Made by a program: the position numbers and the translations under genes. Source: a virus (Duplodnaviria; Caudoviricetes). From it: a stretch of DNA of 58,615 bases. The notes beneath the pieces are model-generated. The model was given only the letters and a program-made list of their open reading frames with translations, was not told the DNA's origin and did not search any database. The DNA is taken from IMG/VR virus record IMGVR_UViG_3300024255_000031, positions 1 to 58,615 of that record, one strand, 5' to 3'. This document shows, in pieces, positions 21,854 through 33,800 of this stretch (positions within the stretch are counted from its first letter, which is position 1; each line of letters opens with the position of its first letter).

Positions 21854-21880
21854 CATTAACAATACGGAGTTATAACAAAA

Positions 21881-24800
21881 ATGGCAGAGTTTAAACTAGG
21901 ACGAATTAGGTTTGTATGGCAGGGCAACTGGTCGTCAGACAGGGCATACGTTGCAGATGACGTAATTAGCTTTGGTGGTAAATCATACATTTGTATTAGA
22001 AACCACACATCATCAGATACTTTTAATACTGATTTTGACAACGAAATACCTAAATGGGAAATAGTTTCAGACGGTACTAAATGGAGAGGCGAATGGGAGC
22101 CTGAAGTTGAATATGCACCAGGCGATGTTGTTAAGTACGGTTCACTTGTTTATATTTGTGAAATTGGCCACACATCAGCTACATTTGGAGCACCAGACTT
22201 TTTAGGTCTCGAAGAAGACTTAGGCAACTGGACACCGTTTGCTACATCTTTTGATTGGAAAGGTGATTGGACTACAGACACAAGATTTAAAATTAACGAC
22301 CTAGTGCGTTACGGAGGATTTGTATACCTTTGTAATACTGCTCACATCTCTGCTGCAACTGAAGAATTAGGACTAGAAAACGACCAAAGTAACTGGGAGC
22401 TATTTAGTGACGGTTTAGTTTACTTAGGCGAATGGGTAACTGCTACACGCTATAAAGTTAACGATGTTGTTAAGTATGGCGGCAACGTGTTTATTTGTAC
22501 TGCTCCGCATACATCAAATGACTTCCTAACAGACGAAACAAATTGGGACGTATTTATTGAGGGCTTCCAGTTTGAGGATAGCTGGAATAACTCTAATGTT
22601 TATCAAATTGGCGATACAGTTACATACGGTGGATATGTATATGTTGCTAAAACAAATAACTCTGCTGCTCAACCAACTGCAAGTCCTGCAGATTGGGAAG
22701 TATTTACAACTGGTTTTGCATTCCAAGGCGATTGGAGTTCGATAGATTCATATAAAGTAGGTGATGTTGTACGTGTAGGTGGCACAACTTATGTTGCTGT
22801 TGCTGATAGTACTGATCAAAATCCGCCAAACGATACTTACTGGAGTAAATTAAACTCGGGTATTAACTGGACTAATAGTACAGAAACTTTCTTACAAGTA
22901 CAAGGTACTAATGATGTAAGTTCAGGAAGCGGTGCCCGTTTTGACGTTGTTAAATCTAAAACTGTTTACACTGTAAGCGTATCTACAGGATTTGCTGGTA
23001 CAGGATATGCTCAAGACGATACTATTTTAATCACAGGTGACAATACTGGCGGCACAACTCCTGCTAACGATATTGTTGTAACAATAACAGGTGTTACAGC
23101 TGGCGCAGTTGATTCGGTAACACACACTGGTTATTCTTCAACTTGGACAGCAACTACAGAATATGTTGTCGGTGACGTTGTTATCTACGGTGCAAGTTCA
23201 TTTATTTGTACAGCTACTCACGTAGCACAAACATCAAATCGTCCAGACAACGATCTAGAAGCAGATTACTGGAACTTATTAACACTTGGTAGTGAAGCAC
23301 TTTCTCTTACTACCGAAGGCGACATGGTTTACTATGGTAACCAAGGTCCAACAAGACTTCCGATCGGAGTTGACGGTCAGATTTTGCGTGCTACAGACGG
23401 CAAGCCAGACTGGGCTAACTACGGTCTAGTTGACAACGTTGTATATGTAGGACCACTAGGTACAGACGAACCTGCTCCGCGTTCAGGTCTATCTATTGAT
23501 AAACCTTGGAGAAGTGTACGCTATGCACTAGAGCAAGTACGTGATGGTTACTTGAATCCACAAGCAAAACAAATTTTAAAGAACAACAAGCAGTTCTTTA
23601 AGAAAGAAATTACTTCTTGGTTAGATTATACATACGGTGTAACTGTTACTGAGACAACAGCTGGGTCACGTGTGTTTACAACTTTCGACACTAGCAACTT
23701 AAGAGACGGAATGCCAATTGAGTTCGACGGTGTTAACGTATTTGGCGGAGTTGTTGAAGGACAAACTTATTATGTTGACAGTGTTATAAGCTCGACTACA
23801 TTTAGAATCGCAGAAACACAGGGCGGCATTTCGTTTATTCCAACTGACGCAACTGGTGTTATGAAAGGTAAACTTTCTTACAATGCAGCAAAATGTGAAA
23901 GAGACACAGGCTATATTGTTGATGCAATGATTTATGATATTGGCCGCGGCGGCACATTAAGAACTACCGAAGCAGCTAGATCATATTATACAGAAGCAGG
24001 AAACGAATATATTACTGACGTATTCGGATACCAGCGCACACAAACAATCGAAGCATACGAACAGCTTAAAGCTCTTGTTGCAGAAGTACTAAACAACGAA
24101 AAACCAGTTAGTTATCAATCTCTAATGGGAATTCTAATTGAAGAACGTGCATCACAGTTTATTGACTTGAGTTTAGTATCTGAAAATAATGCAAAGGTAA
24201 AAGCAGACGACCTAATTGATATTGTTACAATTGGCTTAGAAGCAGAATCAAACACAGCAATTCCGTTGCCGCAATTACCTAACACAACAGTATTCATTAA
24301 AACTGGTACATATAACGAAATTCTTCCAATTATTATTCCAGAATATACTGCTATTGTCGGTGACGAATTGCGTACTTCTGTTATACAACCACAGCCTGCA
24401 ATTCCGTTGCTAGCTAAAGACAAAGACAAAACTACTAGCGCACTAAACAGAATCAAAGAAGTATCTGAGCAAGTGATTCAGAATATTACAATTGACGCAA
24501 CTACTGGTAATACTACTCCTCAGAGATACTTAAATGGCTATGGTGGCGCAACTGAATCTACACAGCGTTTAGATATGTCAATTGTTAAAACTCTTAATGT
24601 ATTAGAAAAAGGTGTTGGCGAGGTTGCTCTAGTACCAGAAGTTGGACCAACTCCGACTGGTGGAACAAATAATGCAAGTGATTCAGGATTTGCAAATGCA
24701 ATTGCACAAATTGAAGCTAACATAGACTTTATTGTAGCAGAGCAAACTGCTTGGATACAAGCACAAGTAGACGGCGTAATTGCACCCTTTGCAGCAGACT

Positions 24801-27800
24801 TTACATTTGATACTGCAAACTGCGAAAGAGATACACGCTTCATTCTAAATGCACTACGTTATGATTTAACATACGGCGGCAACTTCCAAACAACTGTAGC
24901 TGCAAGAAGTTACTTTGTAAACGGCAATCCTGTATATGGCACAGGTAAGAAAGAAGAAACTCTTGCAACATATACACATTTAAAATCAATTGTTGGTGAT
25001 GTAATTATTGAAGCAGCAATTACACCAACACCTGCAAATACCGAAGTACAAGATACTGATGGCGATGCAGGTAGTGCGGCAGCAGAAACATTTGCAGATA
25101 CACGCCTCCAAGAAATTTTCGACACAATAGATACTGACGGGACACTACCGACAGCAGTTGCTCCTGATACAACTTGGGTATCTAATTCAATATCATCTAT
25201 TGTTACTGATTTTACTAGCGAAAAGGATACATTAAGAACCTCGGTAATTGATTTTATTAATAGTAATTATGGTAAATTTACTTATGATAGTGCAAAATGT
25301 CGTAGAGATTCTACTATCTTACAAGACGGCTCAGCATACGATGTTGCATTAGGAACAAATTATAATTCTATTCGTAACGGTGTAGCTTATCGAAGAAGTG
25401 CTGGAGAAAAGGTACTAGAAGATCAACTAACTGAAACACTAGGAGCAATTACTGAGCAAAAATCATTAGTTGCAGCTTTAATTAGTGACACAACTGCAAT
25501 TACTAGAAGTGATGCATATTGGGACGAATTACTTGATATTATTGAAAATAATACTCCTAATGCTATAACATGGAGTGACCCAGGTGTTGCGGCAAAAACT
25601 ACTGCACGTTCGGACTTACAAACAAATAGAACAGCTATTATTGCAGATGTAATTTCTTGGATAGGCACAAATTATCCTAACTTCACATACGACCAAACTT
25701 TATTAGAGTTAGAAATGGGATACATGATTGACGCTATATCATATGACGTACAATATGGCGGTAATAGTGCAACACGTGAAGTAACAAGTGCATTCCTTAC
25801 AAACTATATTGGTATATTGCCGAGTAGTCAAATAGAAGTTACTAACGAAGCAATTGACGAAATTACAACAATTGCAGCAACTTATATGACAGGAGCAACT
25901 GAAGAAGCAGAAGTTGCAACACTAGTACAAATTATTTCAAATGCTATTTCAGCAGATGATATAATTGCATTACCAGCAGCAACTTACCCAGATATTACTT
26001 GGGCAACAGCTCCAATTCAAGCAGATACAAATGCAATAATAGATGATACTACTGTTGTTCCTGAAGTAATACAATATATTACAAATACATATAGTGGATT
26101 TGTATACGATCATACTAAATGTTCTCGTGATACTGGTTATATTATAGACGGTTTAGAATACGATATCCTATTTAATTCTAAGTTTAATGGTACAAAATCA
26201 GGAATGGCTTATCGTAGAGCTATTAGCTCTGCAGAAATTGTAATTGAAGAACAACTAGAAGCCACACTAGGTGCTGTTGATCACTTGAGAAGAGAGATTA
26301 GAGATATTACTAGTCGTACTGATAAGATTGTTGCAAGTACTACAACACTCAAAGATATTGTAGTTAATAATAATGTTCCAGTATCTTACACAATTACCGA
26401 TCCTACAGGATACGACACAGGATTCTTTAATGCAAGAAGACTTGTTGTTGCAAACCAGCAGTTTATTTTAGACGAAGCATCTGCATACTTAAACACTAAT
26501 TACAATGCACTGTGGACTGGGTTAACTGTAGATGAACAGAATTCCTGGATTGACGACATTGACGAATTAGTTGAAGCACTACGTTATGATCTAACATATC
26601 GCGGAAACTTAGAAACAACAGTAAGAGCAAGGTCTTACTATGTTGACGGAGTATTTGTACGTCCAGCAAATCAAAAAGCAGCTTCGATTGCACTTAAAGA
26701 AAGACTTGCAGCAATTATCGATGATATAACTACTGGTGTAAGTATTACACCGAGCGCAGGAAATGTTACTGCACAAGTTACAAGCGGAACAGCAGGATCA
26801 GCAGGAGCAGCAGCATTTGCACTTGATCGATTCACAGAAGTTAAAAATACTGTTGATACTGGAATTTTACCAGCTGCAATTGATCCAAACATTACATGGG
26901 TTGATGCAGGACTACAAGAGCTTAAATCAGTTGTTGATGAACGTAAATCACTAATCCAAGCTGGCTCTATTGATTACATTAACAAAATGTATCCGACACT
27001 TGTATATGATGAAACAAAATGTTCTCGAGATGTAGGTTACATGATTGATGCAGTTATATACGATGTAATTTTTAACAGTAACTTCCGTAGCACTACAGCA
27101 GGCAAATCTTATCAAAGAGGTATTACTTCGACTAACGTAGTATTAGCAGATCAGTTAAGTCCGTCAGTTGACACTATTGATTATGTTAATGAAGCACTAA
27201 CTGAACTAACAATTGGTGTAGACACTACAATTGGTCAAGATAATGCAGCACAAGAAGCATACAATTTAGTTAAGGATATGACAACAGTTATCCAAAACGG
27301 TCTAAACAGTGTGCCTCCTATTAAGTTGCTAGCACCAACAGGCTACAATACAAGTGACCTAGTTGACGTAGCATATGCTACTACAACAAACACTACTGGT
27401 GATAGCAGCACTTATGGAAATGCGGCAGATCAATTGTTAGCTAACAGAGACTTTATATCAGACGAACTACAGCAATGGTTAGTTGATCCAACTAACGGGT
27501 TTGACAGCATTTGGGGCGGACTATCGGCTAATGCACAGGAACGTTGTATTCGTGATGCACAGTTTATTGTCGATGCTATTCGTTACGATATAACATACGG
27601 TGGTAACACACAAACTAACGTTGCAGGCGCAGCTTACTTCTCAAACTTTGTACTAACTATTCAAAATAATGAATTGGCAGCAACACTAGCATCATATGCA
27701 AGACTGCGTGAAATCATCGGTCAAATTATTGCTGAAACAAGTGTTACTACAAGCCCAGGAGTAACTGAAACACAAGACACTTCGGGCACAGTTGGCAATG

Positions 27801-30800
27801 CAGCAGCAATTGAATTTGCACAAGAACGTGTAGACGATATTACATACTGGTTAAACAACTCAACGTTTGAAGAAAAAGTAGAAGTTGCAACCGAATGGCA
27901 GTTACAAGAAAGAAAAACAGCATATGCTAGACTTGTAGATCGTAAAGACGAGATTGTCGATGATGTTGTTTACTGGGTAGAGAAAAATCATCAAGATTTA
28001 GAATATAATCAGGCAACTTGCAAAAGAGATGCAGGTTTAATTGTTGACGCTCTTGCACGTGATGTTGTTACAGGTTCTAACTTTGCAACAATTAAAGCAG
28101 GAATGTCGTACTATAGAGCTATTCCGTCAGCACTTAAGACATTAAAGGGCGAATTAAATGCTACTGTTGGTGCTATGAACTTCTTAGCTGAAAAAGCAAG
28201 ACGTGTTGCATTAACTGCACCAAACGAAGCAATCAAGCAACTAGTTACAGATATTACTAGCTACATCGACGGCGGCGCATTACCTACTCCGAAATGGAGA
28301 GATACTAATTTAGAAGACAATCCAGACATTTGCGGCGCTTCTACAATTTGGGAAAACAAGGCATATATTCAAGAAGAAGTTATTGAACACATTACGCAAG
28401 AATTCCCAGAAATTGAATACGACGAAGCTAAATGTCGCAGAGATGTTGGATATATTGTAGATGCATTACGTTATGACTTATCGTTCGGCGGAGAGTACGC
28501 AACATACAAAATGTTCGAATATTATTACTATAATAATTCTGTCCAGCTAGGCGATAACGAATTAGAAGCAACATTAGCAGCATATGATTATGTTAAGTTT
28601 GTTGCAATGAGTCTTGCTATAAATAGCGTAAGCAGTCCTGGAGCATTGCAAACTCGTGTAGAACCTAAATTGAGAGACGAAAGTCAGTTAACAGGTGATG
28701 CAGGAACATTTGCTCGTGTTGAAGAATTAATGACAGCGCTTTATAATAATTTAAGTATTGGCGAGTATATTAACAGAGTTACAGTAACAGATGTTGCTTC
28801 TAACGCTCTTACAACTTCAGAAGTTCATAACTTTACTATAGGTACTGAGTTAATAGTAGATTCAATTAATGGTGAATTAGATACTGGAACATATTATGTT
28901 AAAACTGTTCCTACTAGTACAACGTTTACACTATCTACATTCTTTAATGGTCCTGAAGCAGCGTTGTCAGATGCTACTGGACTTGAAGACATTATCAATG
29001 TAGTTAGAACTCCGGATTTAAGCAACGTAACTGCTAACTTTAAACAGCAATTTACAAACATTCAAGGTTCTAAATCTTTAATACAAGAAAAAGTTACAGA
29101 TTACATTGTTGAAAAATTCCCAACACTGGTTTACAATCAAGCTAAGTGCGAAAGAGATGTAGGTTTAATTATCGACGCAGTTGGCAAAGACATGCTTCTT
29201 GATACTAACTACTTAACTACTATAGCTGCATTATCTTACTACAGAGGTACACAAGCAGACGTAGTAATTAAAGAACAGCGTTTAGCAACTGTACAAGCAT
29301 ATAGAGAACTTAAAAACTTCATTACTACATATGTATCTGGCGAAGGCAGTAGTGTTAACTACGGTGGACGCAACGACAATAGTAGTGTAAAAGTTCGCGT
29401 TAATAACTTAATGAATATTGTTATTAACATAATTGAAAAGGGTGCTAAAGTAACCCCAGAAATGCAAGGCACAGTTACGTACTTCAACGATAGAGAAACT
29501 ATTAATGCAGTAGATGCGTTGAAAGTTAACAAAGACTTCTTAGGCAGCGAAGCAACTGCTTGGATTAAAGCTAACTTTGGTGGAGAAGTAACTGACATAG
29601 TCGGATCTCCAGGTGCATTATCGTTTAGTGCGCCACACAACTTAGAAGTTAATGATCCAGTTGTGTTCTCAGGCACAGTATTTGGGGGCATTGAAGTAGG
29701 AGTTACATACTATGTATCAGCGGTTCCTTCAGCCAATGACATACAATTAACAACAGCACCTGGCGAGGAAAGTATTAACACATTTACCGGCGGCAGCGGA
29801 TCAATGACTGCAAGTTATGCATTTGATGAAACTGCATGTAAACGTGATATGGCATCATACATCGATTCAATTATATACGATTTACAGTATCCAGGCAACT
29901 ACCACTCGCTAAGAGCAGCAAGACTATATGTTAATGCTGTAGAAGGATCGCAGTACAGTGATATGTTCTATGTACGTAATGCAACCGGTGCTCGTAACAT
30001 GACATTTAATGGATTGTTAGGAAACTTGAGCGAGAAGAATCAGTTCGGCACAAGACGTCCGACAGGTGGTGCATATGTGTCACTTGATCCAGGATTTGGA
30101 CCATGGGATACAGAAGCATGGGTAACTAATAAATCATGTTATGTACAAAACGTGTCAACATTTGGTACAGGATGTATTGGTAACAAGATTGATGGTTCTT
30201 TACACGCAGGCGGTAACAGATCTGTTGTTAGTAACGACTTTACGCAAATCCTGTCAGATGGTATTGGTGTATGGTGTAGCGGTAACAACTCACTAACAGA
30301 GCTTGTATCTGTGTTCGCATATTACAACTATGCAGGATACATTGCAGACTTTGGCGGACGTATTCGTGCTACAAATGGTAACTCATCTTATGGTACATTT
30401 GGTGTTATTGCTGAAGGTACAGATTTAGGCGAAGAACCAATTGTTGCAGACGTAGATAACTTGTCACAGAACGCACTGGTATACAGTGTATCAACTGATG
30501 GCGAAGAAGAAGTACTTGCAATGGAATACAGTAATGCTGGTACAGGCTATACTAACGCACAATACGCAATTAGTGGTAACGGATTTAACGCAGCTACAGT
30601 TGGTGACGAATTCCGTGATCAAGCTGTTGTTGAAGCACGCATTATTGATGTAGACGACGGCAATGGCACAGGCGGCGAAGATTATGTAATTGCACAAAAC
30701 GTTGCACAAGGTGGTGACAAAGTATCAATTACACTTGCAGCAACAGACTTTGCACTAGGTGACGCATACAATGGTATGCGAGCACAAGTTACAGCAGGTA

Positions 30801-33800
30801 CAGGCGTTGGGCAATATGGTAACATTATTAACTTCAACAACGGTACTAAGAAATGTACAGTATTTAGACCAAGTTTTGATAACTTAACTGTAACAGCAAC
30901 TAGTGCAACTGGCAATGTAATTACAGTAGCAGATACTACTACACTTTACGTTGACATGCCAGTTTACTTTGATGCAGCTATAGGCGGATTAGACCGAGGC
31001 GATAGTCCAAGTGATGTATACTATATTACTAACATTCTGTCAAGCACTACATTTACAGTAAGTGATAGTGTAGGCGGTGTTAATATTACATTAACAAATA
31101 CTACAGGACAAAGTGTTACAATGTACGCAGCAGGATTTGATAACATTATTCCAGGAAAACCTAGCGAAGACTCACTAGACTTAACAACTGGTTATACTGT
31201 TGAGCCAGCAATTGTTTACGCTAAGCCAGGATTTACAGCAGCAAGCATATCAACTGCTGATGCAATCGACTTTGGGCCAGGTACATTTGCAGATGGAAGA
31301 TTTATTGCAATTGAAGGCGGCGCAGGAGCGTCGACTAACTACTCACTAGACGGTGAAACTTGGGCAACAGGCGGAGCACTTCCTGCAAGTGCTAACTGGA
31401 GCGATGTAGTATTCGGCGGTGGACAAGGTGCAACTGCAAGAGCAGTAATTGGCGGATTAGGCGGCACTGGTGCAGTACTTGAGGCAGAACTAGGCGAACT
31501 AAACAGCATTGGATTACCTGGACCTACACAGATTGCAAGAGTAAATGTAATCCAAGGCGGTACTGGTTATATTACACCTCCGACTATTGTGTTTACATCA
31601 ACACTAGGCGGTGGCGGTGCTACTGCGGTAGCAACTGTTAAAGACGGTGCTATCCAAAACATTATTATTACAAGTACTGGTGCTGGTTATGCACAAGCAC
31701 CGACTGTTGCTGCTGCTACAGACAAACTTACAGAAGTAATTGTCCAAACACGTGGCAGAGGATATCAGAGCTCACCAACTGTAACAATTACAGGCGGCGG
31801 AGCATCAACTCAAGCACAAGTAATTGCAAACTTAGAAAACGAAGGTGTTACAGCTATTAGATTAGACACTGATGTAGACGATAATCCACTATTTGGTGAA
31901 GGTTATACAACTACGCCAACTGTGACAATTGTAGATGATGACGCTAAATGGGTAGCTATTGCAGATGGTTCAACTACTAATGCATACTTACCAACAAGTG
32001 GAGCATTAAATGCTAACTGGACAGCAGGCAATCCGTTTACTGCTTCGCATTACGTAGGAATTACACATGGTACTAATACATTTGTTGCAGTAGGTAGTGC
32101 TGGCAGCGTTGACGCAGCACAAACATCAACAGACGGTATTAGTTGGACACCGCGTACAATGACTACTCCGGCAAGCGGCACATTTAGTGCTGTGAGATAC
32201 GGCGCAGGACGTTTTGTTGCAATTAATACTGACGGGTTTACGGCAGTTAGTGTAAACGGTATTCTATGGGAAGAAGGCGGAAATATGCCAAGTGCCTTAG
32301 GTGATTGGATAAGTCTAGCATGGGGTAACGGACGTTTTGTTGCAATATCTAGTATAGGCGAATATGCAATTAGTTACGACTTTGGTGCAAATTGGTACAG
32401 CGAAAGTGATACACTGAATAATATCAGTGCAACTGGCTGGACACGAGTAGCATACGGACAAGGCTTGTTTATGGCAGTATGCGATGGTGCATCTAGCTGT
32501 GCAATTAGCTCAGATGGATTAACTTGGAACGAAGGCGCACTAAGTGGAACAGCAAGCTGGTCAACTCCAATTTTTGGTAACCCGAATAGTGTTCCAGTTT
32601 GGGTAGCACTAACAAGCGATGCAGCTACAACTGCTAACAAGATCAAAACTGGTGCAAGAGCACACGGTAGATGTTATGCAGAAGACGGTGCACTTATTGC
32701 TACTACATTGTTAGAGCCAGGCTCAGGTTATCCAGAAGGAAGCATTGTATCTATTACTTCACCAAATACAATTGCGCTTGATTCTACAGATAATATGTAT
32801 GTAGGACAGCCGATCACATTTGAAGGCGCTGATCTTGCAATAGCAGCACTTAATTCAGAAACACTTTACTACGTATCGGACGTTACAGGTAACACTATCG
32901 AAGTAAGTCTAATAAGTGGCGGAGCAAGTTACGATGTTGAAACTATTGTTGCACAAGACATAGCCGGATCAACCTTCCAAGCAGGACCACTAGTTACAGT
33001 TACTGATCCAAGTTCGACAGTTGATGCTAATGTTAATCCAAGAATTAGAAATGGTGTGCTAGGACAGCCAACGTTTACTAACAGAGGTTCGGGTTATAGT
33101 TCAGCAACAACAGAACTAGGCGGAGATGGTAACGCAGACTTGTATCAACCAAGTACGTTCATTGCTGTACGTAACTTGTTTGAATTACCAGAACCTGGAT
33201 CAAACGTTGAGTTTGCAAATATTCCAGAGAAGTACTACAAACTAGTAACAATCAGTAATGTTATTGGTCAAGAAGGTAGCTACACTGCTACATTCCAGAT
33301 CAGTCCAGGACTAGATGTGCTAACTGCACCAAAAGACGGTACAGTAATTACAACTACTAACAAGTACTCGCAAGTACGTCTAACAGGACATGACTTCTTG
33401 TACATTGGCACTGGTAACAAAGCAAAAACTAACTATCCGTTTGTAGATATTACAACGGCGTACATTGAATCACAGCAATTAGGTAGTGGCGGCGGACGAG
33501 TGTTCTACACAAGTACTGACCAAGACGGTAACTTTAACGTTGGCGGACTATTTGGTGTACAACAGTCGACTGGTACAGCGACATTGGATGCAGATGCATT
33601 TAACTTAGCAGGTCTACAGTCACTACAAATTAACGGTCTTGGACTAGGCATTGGCTCAGCTATTGTTACACAGTTCAGTACAGATCCATTCTTTACTGAA
33701 AACAGTGACAATATTGTACCGACGCAACGTGCAATTAGAAGCTACATTACAGCACAGATTGGTGGTGGTCAAAGTAGCTTGAACGTTAACACACTAACAG

